Counted from the first letter of the stretch, positions 36,992-49,846 are shown. The stretch: 64,000 nt of DNA from Cirrosporium novae-zelandiae (GCA_026023565.1 JAPETS010000029.1:1-64000), one strand, 5' to 3'. Notes: generated by a model not told the origin, from the letters alone. A program made the numbers and translations.

Positions 36992-37276
36992 GTTGCTGCT
37001 AGTTAGGATGGGTTGGTAAAGGCGATGCAAGGGAATCAATTGGAAGAGAAAAAAAAGTGTCTATTGATGGCGATTTGCAAAGTGAGGTTCTCTGTTGGGG
37101 TTTAAAACGGTCTCATTGCTATTTATTGTATGGGATTGGAATGTTCTACATGAACTACAGAGGATAGCAAAAAAAAATACAATTCTCGATAATTTTCCAA
37201 TACATTCATCCATCATATCAATAAATCAAGCTACACTCATAACATTCGTAGCAAGCCCCTCATATCAACAAAATCA

Positions 37277-38605
37277 TCACTCCTTTACAGGCGCAGCCGA
37301 AGCAGCAAGAGGAGCCTCCTCCTTCTTCTTTGTCTGGCTTGCTTCAAGCTCGCTCAAGGGAATGGAAAGACCGACCCGATCAACCGTTCGGATCTTCTGA
37401 AGGCCCCCTCCGATTTTGTCCTGGCGCGTAACTAGGTCCTTACGGTCTGTGTCCACGAGGAGGCGAACTAGATCTGGGCGCATGTAGTGGCCTCCGAAAT
37501 CTGCGAGGGCTTTGCTGAGGTGGGCTTCGTCTAGGTCAATCTGTGTATGATGGTGTCAGGGGTTAGGAGATGGATGATAGGGGAAATTGGTTGATGAATT
37601 AGGGTTGGATGGGGTATTCGGGTTCTAGACTTACATCAACGAAAAGTAGTCCTTCGAATTCGTAGTCGGGGTCGGGAACGAGTTTTTGTCCATCGGGGCC
37701 GAAGATTCGGGAGTTCCCGTTGTAGATATGGTAGTCTTCTCGTTCTTTTCCGGGAGGGGTGCTGATATCAACGCCGTGTTTGGATAGCTTTTGGAACGGG
37801 GCTAGGACGAAGGTTCCGGTCTCCATTGCGTAGGCTGGTGTTACAATCTGTATCGTTTTATATTAGCAGCAGGCAGGGAAGCAAGAAGTTGTTGAAGGCC
37901 TTACATCGGAGTTCGCATCACTGATATTAGTGTAAGGATCTGGATACTTCAATGTTGTAGCATGTGGATAGATGGGCCAGGCAGCGATATGGACCTGTTC
38001 GCTCAGGGATGCTGCGTATGCCTTCAAAAAGGGGTTCATATTCTCCCAGCAGTTGAGCTGGCCGATCCGGCCAATCTCAGTGTCCACGACAGATTCAGTG
38101 GTATCGCCGGTTCCGTCGCCAAAGACAAGACGTTCAACATGCGTGGCGCGGATCTTTCGTCGGTGGTTGATGATATCACCATTAGGCGCAATCATCACCT
38201 GAGACATGTAGAGACTGGCAAGGTCAAGCTCGGAATAACCCAAGGAGACGTAGATGCTATTATCGCGAGCTGCGGCACGGATTCGTCGCATCTGGTCAGA
38301 GTTGGAGGGAAGACTGTTCTCACGGTACTTCTTGAGGAATGGAAGACTTTCTTGGTAGGTCACCCTCCACATCCAGTATGGGTATCCGGGAATCCCTTGA
38401 AGAATTAGCATTTATCGATTTTGTAAAGTTGCTAGATATCATCTAACTGCCGCCTACATAGTTCAGGGAAAGCTATCAGCTTGCATCCAGCTTCTCCAGC
38501 CTCGTTGATCCAATGTATGGTTTTCTGAGTAGAGAGTTCGAGGTCAAACCAGCCTGGTTCCGCATTGACGCAGGCAGCCTTGTACTTTCGGAATATGGCA
38601 GGCAT
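37277..38605 (-). CDS. cht: Cyanide hydratase (nitrilase superfamily branch 1), 4 exons
   Basis: [72 protein letters not shown]. The E-K-C catalytic triad is intact, and NCWENMNP is typical of fungal cyanide hydratases. Confidence 0.92.
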
Positions 38606-38807
38606 ATTTGGAAACGATTCTCTGCGTTGAGAAGAATAGATTTCGATGATTATTTGGGTCTGTAAGCTTGAAAATTAAGTGGATGGGGAGTAAAGGCATT
38701 GCAGCAAAGGTACTCCTTTTATACATCCTATGCGACCCTAGGCAAGCATTCTGTATCTCCATGGTGTTGTATGTATTTTCGAGTCAAAGCCGTAATGATC
38801 TACTTCA

Positions 38808-38906
38808 CGGGATCTGCTTTCCAGTGTCTGCCATCTAAAATAATCGAGTATATTTCGGCATCTGCTTTTCGGTGTTTGCTCTTATGTGTGTATTTCCGGT
38901 GTTTGC
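38808..38906. promoter_or_regulatory. Repeated CGG-containing motif 200-300 bp upstream of the cyanide hydratase start
   Basis: CGGGATCTGCTTTCCAGTGTCTGC (38808-38831) and CGGCATCTGCTTTTCGGTGTTTGC (38856-38879) are 20/24 identical. A third partial copy reads TATTTCCGGTGTTTGC (38891-38906). Confidence 0.55.
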
Positions 38907-39731
38907 TTGGCGGAGTCTGCCGTTTGAAGTATTAAAACTTCACAGGAGCATATTAGATATTAACTTAATGCATTGATAAGATGGTCAAATATCATTAGAG
39001 GATTGACTGATCATCTGTCTTACCTTGAAGACATGAGTTTTATGCATTGTACATGTACATGTACACTATCCGCCCAGCCGTTTGGAGAATATCTGCGGAA
39101 TAAACTTCCAAGCCCAACAGAGTGGTATCCAGAGCATATCAAAAGGATATATGAAAATCAACGATTGACCATTCATACATAAATGCTGCTTCAGAGTAAC
39201 AATATAAAGTTTCACGAAATATTATAATAGCTGAATATCTTCCTCTCTTATTTTACGCCCTCCCTGGACGGGCCATGATGGCATCGGAGACGCAGAAACA
39301 AGGGATGAAGTAGCTGCATGAACGATGGTCCTACATATCTACTTGAATTATTCAATGGGATCTTTTGTATTATCTTGCGTAACAGATGGATATGTTTGAA
39401 GATGATGAATCTTCAAACAGATGAGCAAATGACCCCAGAGATGTTGTTGGTCTTATCATTTCGGACGAGAGGACTGATAAGAAACTGCTGATTGTAAGTG
39501 AAGCTGACATTCTTGTCGCTGCCCCACACTCTACATCCAATGCTCTTTTCATTCTATAGGAAACAATCCACAATCTTCCTTTGAATCACACTGTGGTTGT
39601 GCGAGGTTTTATTATCCTAGTTCATGCTCCAAGTCCCCGCAATTATCCTTCGCGAAACTCGGGGAGGGGGAAATATTACGTTTTTACAACATTATTATTT
39701 TCACCAACAACCGGTATTTGCGGAAGGCTTC

Positions 39732-42471
39732 ATGTCTGCTAGGAGTCAAACAACCCAGCCTGCTTCCAGAAACCCCCGACGAAAATATACCCAGCCACCT
39801 ATAAAGCTTGCTTGCTTGGCGTGGTAAGTAATCACACTCGATAATGATCCGAAGGTGGTTGATAGAATATGTGGCTGGAACGGGAATCGAGTAATGAGGG
39901 CCTTATCATCTTATTCAAATGATGAACAATCCATTACCCGAGTGATATCCAGTGTAAACTGGACATCACTGAAGGGCCCCCCAGCAGGGTGAAATTGTAA
40001 GCTGGCCACGCGTTTTGTCAACCACCTTCGGTCCTTAGGTCTGAACTATTCTGACAATTCATGTCCATATTAAGTCGAGCATCGCGAATCCGCTGCGATG
40101 GACAGGAAAGATGTTCCAATTGCATCAACAAAAATCATAAGTGTGAATATGCACCTAGTAAACGCGGTGGCCCCAGAGTCTATAAGAAGAAGACACCAGC
40201 GCGGAACAACATTGAAAATGAAGGCCGCGATACAACAACAGCAGAACCCGATGTAGACTTGGAAAGTATACTTGGTCTCTCTAGAATATCCTAATTCATT
40301 GCTGATTATTACAGCTTGGTTCAATTCTCTTGACTGCATCAAAAACTCTGGGTTCGGCCTTGCGACCGTTGGCACTCCTAATAATTCTAGTATAGATGGG
40401 ATGTTTGATAATATATTTTTTCCGAAAGAACAATATACTGACTCAAACCCAACCCCTCCTAAGACATCTTCGTTTGTTAGAGTGTATGGAAATGATCGTG
40501 ATATGTGAGCAAGGCATAACTTCTTATTTTATTAACAAGGCAAGACTAAGTCTAGCAACAGCTTGGACGCTTATTATATCTTTATTCATCCATACTTTCC
40601 TGTCTTGGCTCCACCATTGACATGTCCTCCAGCTGATCGCCCTTTGAATGGCCTTGACTACCCACAAAGGTTTCCTTTGAATGAAGCCTCCGAACTCAAG
40701 TCTTCTTCTCCACTAAGCCTTGCTATTTCGGCCATCCTTGCCCTGATTCCACACCCTGCGGATCAGGATTATTCAAAACCAGAATCCGTTCAGCTTCGGA
40801 GAGCCTATGCCCAGTCCTTTGCCCAGTATGCGCTGAATAGTATCGAGATAGAATCTGAAATGACTGAATCTAATATAAATCCCGCAAAAGCTCTATCAGA
40901 TGGTAGTCCAACAGGTCTCGATTGCCGGACACCATTTCATTCTAGAACCCCGATCATCCTGGAACCCATTATTACCCTTTGTATTCTGAGTGTCTACGAA
41001 TATGCCCAGCGTGGAAATCTCACGAAAATGCGAAGCCGAGTGGCCCAGGCACTTTTTGTAGCTAAAGACATGGGTCTTCATTCACTAGGGCTAGAAGACG
41101 ATGGTTTCGCAGAAGCTAGACGTCGAGCTTGGTGGATGACAGTGAGTTTACCCTCTGATGGATCTGGAATATAGAAAGTAATTTGTATCAGTACTCATGC
41201 GTTTGTCAAGGTTCGATCGTTAGTAATACTGTATGCTAATCCTTCTGCCTAAGACTATGCGTTCCGAACTGATGATAAGTTAGCCACCTATCATTGATGT
41301 ATACGATTCTGAATTCACAACGCCATTTCCGACTTTCTTGTCAGATCCAGGGGTGAGCTAATTGTCTATCACATACAAGTAGTTTACTAAAATAAACCTA
41401 TGGCAGGCTTGGGGGTTTTTCATAAGAGCCCAACGGGCTATTCTCTCAGGTACAATGTTTTGTCATGACCTTGATAAGTGCCTAAAGACTAAATCTAATC
41501 TATCTTGGATCCCGGAGAGAATGGAAAGAATCACCCAGGAAACGGATGAACTTTTGTCTCATGTTGGGCCTGTACTATTCGAATCACCACCAACCGTAGC
41601 GCTTATTGACCCTACGGAAGCTGTTATGGCTACATCTATGAGATCTATCTCGCGTATCAAAATTTATAGGCGAGACTGTATCCTGCACGACGTATGTCAA
41701 TGTAGACAGCTAACTTCTTGATATATAGTGGCAAGATCAAAGCACACCGATTTTGCGCCTTTTCGGACATCCCCATCTTTGTCAAAAGGCATTGTGATTT
41801 TGAACCGGTGAACAACAAAACTACAACCCAAATCCAGCTTGCTCCGTCGCAAATTCCTTTCAAAGCTACGACTCAGCTATGCTCCTGTAATGGCCTAGTT
41901 CAATCAGTACGATCAATTTCCTCGACAATGAATATGCCGGGTTCAGCATCATCGCCAACGTCCCTCTCATCTCCTGACTCAATACTGTCAGAGCTAGGCA
42001 TGAGCTTTCCTTATACAAGCTACACTTCCTCAAAGACCTGTCTAAAAGCCGCACTAGGAATTGCACATACAATAAATGAACTACCATACCCTTATACATC
42101 CTCTGAAGCCTCTCCTGGTAATGCTCCGCGGACCATGCCTGCTTTTGCTTGCTGCGCCATGCAAAGCAGCTACGTCATGCTCATGCTATGCTACAAGGCT
42201 CAAACGGTCCAGTACTCCACTCCTACCGACAATGATGGTCATCATAGTCTCGTTGATGACTTCTTGGAGAGCGTACATAAAGGATTACAGTATATTGTTG
42301 ACGCGTTAGCGAACTATGCTACTGCATTTGAGGCAATCGGTGGTATGCGAGGTATGTTTTCGTCTTGTTCATTTAGCAATTTTATTGTATGTTTAGATGG
42401 TAAAGGTCGGCTGACAATTTATGACAGATGAGATTGAAAATGCGCTCGAAATTGCCTTTCTTGACTTTTAG
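39732..42471 (+). CDS. Zn(II)2Cys6 fungal transcription factor with middle homology region, about 9 exons
   Basis: ACLAC|RASRIRCDGQERCSNCINKNHKCEY (split by intron 39824-40074), YYIFIHPYFPVL, ARRRAWWM and RTMPAFACCAMQ. The last exon reads DEIENALEIAFLDF*. Confidence 0.9.
39849..40031 (+). other. Structured fold-back element inside intron 1 of the Zn2Cys6 TF
   Basis: 30-nt arms (39849-39878 and 40002-40031) give 23 Watson-Crick pairs, 6 G-U pairs and 1 mismatch. Inner helices are 39887-39896/39932-39941 and 39941-39970, the latter with a GUAA tetraloop. Confidence 0.75.
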
Positions 42472-42862
42472 GAAGAGCGGTTAAGTGTGCTCCAATTCTC
42501 CGAAATGTAGAATATTTTAGCAACTACCAATGGCGGATATAAAACTTCACCTCGATCGTCGAATCTACTAGGAAGCATCTAGCGAGCCGATTTAAATAAT
42601 AACAGTATCCATTTGATAAGCCAAATATCTTGAAAAACTAGAAAATAAGCACCTTGTCAGAACAAAAAAAGTATAGTAGATTCCGCCAACTCTTAAAGGA
42701 CGAAGCCACAACCAAATCCACAGATCAAACAAGCGTTCAATCACTAAGGGTGCTACCCTACTTAGAAATAATATCACTATTGCTCCGGTATTATATAAAC
42801 CAGAGCCCTCAAAGACTACTGACAAAAAAAAAACAGAGCCTACCAAGAAAAAAAGAGCGTGC

Positions 42863-42886
42863 GTGTGTGTGTGTGTGTGTGTGTGT
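42863..42886. repeat. (GT)12 microsatellite
   Basis: Read directly from the sequence. Confidence 0.9.
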
Positions 42887-43395
42887 TCTTGAACATATTA
42901 AACGATTAGTAACTCCTGACTCCCGGAGGATATAGTCTATATTTCAGCCATCCCTCTTACACCCCCCAATAAGCCCATCTAAAAATATATTTTCTTCTTC
43001 CTTCGTGAGTGGTGAATAAAAGGGAAGCGCGGATGTGTATATGTGTATCGTGTATGTTAGAGTAGTTCGTACTAGAAAGCGCGTACGCATTTCGGACCTG
43101 ATTCGAGATGAATGAAGGGATGTACGGTCCTTTATACCTAACCACCTAAAGTGTCACATCATTCTCACATACTTCCCATATCTTCAAGTGATTATTATTA
43201 TTATTATTATTACCAACACACGTCATAGTCCCATACTATACCATACCAACCGACCAAGAACGCATACTATAAAAACACTTTCTTCTTCTTCTAGATTTTT
43301 GGGGAAATCATCATTTTTCTTTTCTTTTCTTTTTCTATATTTTGTAACATCCAAACTAACCTAGCATGTCATATCACGCAGTCCACGGCATAGCT

Positions 43396-43424
43396 AACAA
43401 ACAAACAAACAAACAAACAAACAA
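43396..43424. repeat. (AAAC)~7 microsatellite
   Basis: Read directly from the sequence. Confidence 0.85.
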
Positions 43425-43692
43425 TAAAACGTAAAGAAAAACAATCCGAAGGGCTGGTTCCGGTTCCAAAAGCCGACGCCGGGTTTAATAGGTGAAACTT
43501 CCTTCTATGAAAAGAAAAGAAAGGGTTCAATATTTGAAGTAAGACCAAGTGATAACGATGACGAGGGTTATATTCCTCCCCCGCCTTCCTCCTCTATTTT
43601 GGAATTCGCTTGGATTGGCTCCGTTTATATCAAGAGGTGCCTTTAAAGAGAAAAAAAGGGAAAAGAATGATATAAGATCCATCATTAATGAG

Positions 43693-45799
43693 TTAGTTCC
43701 CCACGCCCAAAGTCTTAAGCCTCCTTGTCATGACTGCGGCTATGACGGCACAGACGGCACCAATGAAAAGACATACGCCGATGCCCTGACCTCCAGTTCC
43801 CTTCTCCTCATCAGGAAGGGTCTCTTCATGGTCGGGATGAGCGAGACCCTTTCCCGGTTCCAGAAGCCAAAAAACGATGGACGAGATGAAGGTTCCCACG
43901 AATTGGGGTAGCGTGGTGAAAAGATTTAGGATTCCAAGATACAACCCTGCGAGTTCGCCCGTGGATGCCGGATCGGAGTCCGGGCCCGAGAAGGACTCGG
44001 TGCTACTATGGCGAACATGGAGGGCTTCGTGCGAAGACATTTCGATAGAGTTTACGGCGCCGTCGATGGCGCCGTTTCGGCTAAGGCTGTTGAGGGGATG
44101 ATAACTCGGGTCGTTAGAAGCCGAAAGCCGGTTTATTTCTTCGCCCATGAATGTGAATGGGGCCCAGCATGCTAAGGTCCAAGGGATGCCGCAGAACGAG
44201 ACGACAACGGTCGCGAATCGGAAACTTTTCACGAAAGGGGCGAACGCCATTGCGAATGCGAACATCAGATGCCCAGTCATCCAGGCGGTAAGGAGGTCTG
44301 GTTTGCATTTTCTAAGGAAGTGGAGAAGCGGGGCGATCTTGGGGGGTGGGCGAGGAGTGAAGGGACGGGACGACCCGGGTTTGGGAGAGCGAATTAAAGA
44401 GGGGAGAAATATGGAGGCGAGAAAGGTTATGATGCTAAAAATGACAAGAGAGAGACTACCAATGCGGGCAAGGTCTCCAAGATGATCCGAGGACGGCGAA
44501 GAGGTCGCAGGAGCATCATACCTGAAGTAGGTTTCGCCCACCCAGGTGGTACTATAGAAGAGGAATGGAAACCAGCCTGTGCAAGGGAAATTTAGTAAAT
44601 GACGAAAAAAATGGGACAAGGCAAGCTCTACGCACCAATCCATGCCCAGAACTGGGCCCAACAGATTCCACGAATGCGAGGAGGAAGATTCATGGCCGTC
44701 TTCACAAGTTGGGTGAGAATCTGAATAGCACCAGATTTGCTCCCGTCATCTCTGTTGGGAATGGGTTAATATAACCTCGGGATAGAAAATATTCGTCTCC
44801 GAACTAACCGTGCGGATATCAACACCCTTTCCTCAACCGCATAACAAGTCACTGCTTGTGACCCTAATAGTATCAAGCAAGCAATTACAACCACTTGCTT
44901 GAACTGGGTGTCACCAAAGGTAGTACCGAATACCTTCACAAGATCAATGGTTCCAACCGCATATCCCAATAAAGAACCAACGGATATCATCCTGCTTGCT
45001 TTAGGATCTTAATAACGACCGTAAATCGATAAAGGATTTGGGTGCTTACCCCATGCTGAGCCTTGCTGCTGTTCCGGAATTGGCAATGTATCTACTATCA
45101 GACTACGACTGGTTGATTGTACTATTAAAATCAGCGCTGAAAAATGAACTGAAACGGAGTATGAATATTCACCTGCATTGATAGCAAAGTCCACCGCATA
45201 AATGCTTATTACAGCAAGAGCGATGGTTGCACCCTTTGCCTATATGCTGTCAGATCCAGAAGAGCCAGCTCTTTCTTTCAATATAGGCATACCGTAGAAG
45301 GGTTTGAGATAAATATATCAACAATCTCCTTCGTCCAGCCTAGGATTAACAGGCCAAGCGTCACAAGCAATGCGCCGCCAACCATAAAGGGTCTTCTCCT
45401 TCCCCATTTAGAGCGTGATCGATCCGCAATTACTCCAACGACCGGTTGCATTATAAGGCCAGATAAAGGTCCCGCGATCCATACCAAAGATGTATTACTT
45501 TTCGTAAGGCCAAGTTCCAGAAGATATGGTGTACAGTCTGTCACCTTCGGTCAGGGACTCTGTGTACCGAGCGGCTTCAAAGGAAAGGTAGACAAACATG
45601 TCATTTCAATTCCCCAGGTAAATCTACAGATAGAAACATCTTAGTACGCGTAGGTAATGCGAAAGGGAGCTTGAACCGATTGGACGATGGCATGAGCTTA
45701 CTGAAGGCCAACAGCGCTGAAGGTCAGCAATGCCATGCGCATAGACTCAGAAGAGCCCTTGATAGATGGAGCACCCATCCATGATGCCGACTGAGGCAT
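43693..45799 (-). CDS. SUT1: GPH-family MFS sucrose/alpha-glucoside transporter (Sut1-like), multi-exon
   Basis: WMGAPSIKGSSESMRMALLT..GL|QFTWGIEMT|YCTPYLLELGL..VWIAGPLSGLIMQP..DRSRSKWGRRRPF..GLYLGILNLFTTLPQF. Confidence 0.88.
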
Positions 45800-46423
45800 A
45801 GCATAGGGATTAGGATACGTGTACGAAGGGGAGAGTAAGTGTTCTTCAGTGAATGGACGCGACTCTAAGTGAGGCCGACTTGATATCAGAGACTACTGTA
45901 AAAGATTGTGTAGGTGCAATATGAAAAGAGGCATAGGAATAATCCTAGATTAATAACATTTGCAACGCTTGAGCTTGGAGCTCATCGTAGAGGTCCAAAC
46001 ATTCGTCATCTCTTGGAAGGTGTCCAACCCTGGTCACCCTGCCACAACTCGGATCGGATCAGGACACGGTGATCTTGGCTTGGCAGGTTACCATTTCAAG
46101 TAATGTTACTCGTAATATTTTTCTCCTGAGAGAACCCATTCTTACTCATATCACAATATAGAATCTAAATCTACAAGTCGCCTTATCAATAAATTGTGTT
46201 TCCTCTGCTTTGTTCCTTGTGGGGCGGCTAAGCATCATCATGATATCGCTTGTTAACCATGTTTAGAATTCCGAGGACTTGTTTCCTGCCTCACACGTGC
46301 AAGCTCAACCATAATAATACTCCAGTCATAATCAAATATGCCGTGCCTTCATTACCACCAGATAACCTTGGACCCCGGAATACCCGCTTCCTTTGTCAAT
46401 TATCCATCAAAAAGGGCTCCTTT

Positions 46424-48582
46424 TCATAGCTTAAATGGCTCTGCAGAAGTGACGGGCCATTGGTAACCAGCAGTATCGCTGAACTTGTACCCGTACGAAG
46501 CTGTGAAATCATCAAGAACAGCAGGACCCCGCGAACCTTAAGGATTGTTAGAGTTTGTTTTCTTTTTTTCAATGCATCAATGGTACTGTACATACCATAG
46601 GGATATTCCATTGGAATAATCTCCTTGTTCTCATCTAGGTAATGTAGAAGTGGTGTAAAAATTCTCCAGCTGGCATCAAGCTCGTCGTCACGTACAAAAT
46701 TGGAATGATCTCCCTTCAATGCATCAAGGATAAGCGATTCATAGGCTTCAGGGATCTTGAGGTCGGAGAATCGACGACGATATGTGAGGTCCAATTCTGT
46801 CATGACTGTTTGCATAGACAGGCCAGGGAGTTTGGAGTTCATCTTCAGATAGACTGATTCGTTCGGTTGTACTCGAATGACCAGCTCATTTCGGGGAATG
46901 TCCTTGAAGATACCAGAAGTCACGTCCTTGAACTGAATACGGATTTCGGTCTTTTGCTCGTTCAAGGCTGGAACTGGTCAGCTTGACGTCAGAGAACTAC
47001 ACTGATAATATTACCTTTTCCCGCTTTCAAAATGAAAGGAACTCCATCCCATCGCTCATTCTTAATATAAGCCACCATGGCACAAAATGTGGGGCATCGG
47101 GAATCCCGTGGAACAGTATCATCTTCCTTGTATGCTAGCTTTGTGCCATCTAAAGATTTTCCATATTGTCCAATGATAACATCCTTAGGCTCAATGGATG
47201 GTATCCCTCGGAGAACGCGAACCTAAATTGACTATCAGCATATACCAACCATATATTCACTCACGACCGCACCTTTTCGTCTCGGATATCTTCAGAGGAG
47301 AAGGAGATTGGTCGCTCCATAGCGAGCAAGGTCAAAACCTGCAATAAATCTAGAAGGAAATTAGAGTGAGATTCTCAAATGACATGCTTAGCCTTACGAT
47401 TCTGCATGACATCCCGGACGATGCCGAATTCATCGAAGTAACCACCCCGTCCTTCTGTTCCGAATGGTTCTTTGAAAGCAATCTACAATATTCTTAATAT
47501 CAAGTCATCCAATGGTGCGCAAAACATCGTACCTGCACATTATCGATGTGATGTCTATTCCAGTTGGCACCGAAAAATTCATTACCGAATCTGAGAATCA
47601 ACAAATTCTTGACCATTTCCTTTCCAAGATAGTGGTCGATTCGGAAAATTTCCTCTTCTTTCCAATCTGGTCCCAGAGCGCCTTGGAGGTCCCGGGAACT
47701 TTCGAGGTCTTTGCCGAAAGGTTTCTCGACCTGGATAGGACTAGTCAATAGCTGATTTGAAGCACTCCATACAAATCTTGACTAACGATGATCCGAGCAA
47801 TGCCCTTCTTTGGATAGCAGTTACGCTTCAGATGCTGGGATACGGTAATAAATACGCTCGGGGGCAATGCCATGTAAAATACACGGTTGTCTTCTTTTTT
47901 GCCGTTCTCCAAGTCTTCCAAGTGTTTTGTCAGGACGTGGAAGGATTCATCTTTGTCGTATTGTCCAGAAACGTAGGTGCAAAGTTTACAGAAAGAGTCC
48001 AACTGCTCTTCCATTTCCTTGGTTGGCGTTTTGATATAAGACCTAACTCGTCGGAGGAACTCGTCATGGTCCATTTTGGTACGCGCATACCCAACAACTT
48101 TGACATCTTTTGGAAGAAATTTGTTGCGATACTAGCACGCACTTAGTCTACGAAAGTGAAGGGTGTGGACGATTTGAACATCAGTGGGGAACATACCAAC
48201 CCAAACAGGGCAGGGAACTATGCAATCAGTCAGTAATGATAATTGATACCAAAGAACATTTATAATACATACCGACTTCTTTTTTGCAAGGTCCCCCGAA
48301 GCACCGAGAACAATGATTGTAGTATTATCCTTCAATTCCACTTCCCTAATAGTACAATCAAGTTAGGTACATTCCTAGACGACATTTCATACAGACTCCG
48401 AGATAGATAAGACACAAGATGAATGGCTAATCGAGACAGCAGCGGCCACCAACTTTGGATTGGTAGGGGCAGCTATCTCGGAAAATTCTTTGCTATCATT
48501 GCTATGGACCGCACGGTGACGTAAATGGGGGTTAAGCTCACCCAGAGTTAGTGGGAGGGGCCTGAGTGATTGCAGTTGCCAT
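46424..48582 (-). CDS. ZWF1: Glucose-6-phosphate 1-dehydrogenase, multi-exon with a 21-nt microexon
   Basis: [45 protein letters not shown] and YPYGSRGP. Confidence 0.96.
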
Positions 48583-49836
48583 TTTATTGTCGCAAGTTGG
48601 ATTATATGAACAATAGAATGACTTTCAATAGAGGGTAGAGAGTTGAAAGGTTTTTAAAAGAGAATGAGTGGAAATATCGTGGTTGAAGTTGAACTTGCTG
48701 GTGGTGGGGCTTTGTACTCCTTCTCGGTCTCGAAATGTTCCAGGATCTTTTAACGAACAGGAATTGCCGTCTCGGCCCCCTCGGCCCTTCACATCATCAA
48801 GGGAGTTAACTCCAGCTTACTTGCCTTGACTTGCCTTAGTTGAGTATCACAAGCCTTTAATAGCTGAGTAATCTATCCATCGCACCTTCGAGATTGAACA
48901 GCTACTCAGATAGGTCAAGTAAATATTCCTATTATTTAGATAGAATTACAAATGGTATTTCATATGTGTGATATCATTTCAGAAGGTATTAATTATATCT
49001 TCGAGTATCTACCCCCTCATGTACCAAAGCAATGCACAAAGAGTATTCCTGATTGATTTTATTTTGTTTACAATATTGATACGTAATATATGTACTAGGT
49101 ACCGTAGAGGGGTAGACCTCCTGCCGCTAAATGTTATCTGACATAATGACATACATACCTTAGCACAGCTGCCTCATCCAGGGACCTAGACTTAAAAAAT
49201 AAATTACTCAAGCATACCAAGTAATTATTCTCAACGCTTCGAAAAAAAAGGTCTCCAAACTTTTCAAGCGTTATTTGTTCTAGGTTGGTATCCAGAACAA
49301 ACGACTCGTGATAGAAAAAAAAAAGAATTGAAGATACCACTGGGGATTAATAAGCGTTGTTCAGCATCACAAGTTCTAGATGATTGTTGAATAATAAAGC
49401 CATAAAGTTAGGTCTGATAATCCATTCCCCCCACTTCTTTTGGAGCTGTGCCATGATTTTTCTTTATATGATGTCAAAAAAATATTAATTCATTTTTCTT
49501 TTCTGTAGGAGATCTCCCTGTCAACCCCCTAGGGAATTTTTTTTCCTGTTTAGTCAAGGTTAATCAATATGTAGATGGAATCATGGAGAGCAGGATGAGA
49601 TAGAAATAGTCGATACGCATAGAAAGTACTGTAGAGAAAAAGACTCGGTGCAAGCGTGACCAATGACCAGTACTCTTAGGAATTGAACTCAAGAATAACT
49701 ACACTGTACACTACTCTCTTTACGAAAGTACTGTTGTATCTAAACGGTGATCGGAGATTGGTTTCTTGAATTTACTTTGATTCTTGGTTGAATTTAATGG
49801 ATTAATATTTCCCCGTTCCATTTTTGGTTAGCCGAG

Positions 49837-49846
49837 TTAGGGCTAA
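49837..49846. promoter_or_regulatory. TTAGGGCTAA, Tbf1-like site upstream of a ribosomal protein gene
   Basis: Lies about 110 bp upstream of the RPL33 ATG. TTAGGG elements are known in fungal RP promoters. Confidence 0.45.

Noticed and set aside
39393..39419. 11-bp inverted repeat in the cht/TF intergenic region (and a similar 10-bp one near 17261-17300)
   Set aside because: Short and AT-rich, so plausible by chance in 64 kb without further support.
39919..40044. Box C (ATGATGA) and CTGA boxes in the TF intron read as a C/D snoRNA
   Set aside because: No rRNA-complementary guide was recognised, the last CTGA is only a few nt from the branch point, and the boxes are embedded in competing long helices.
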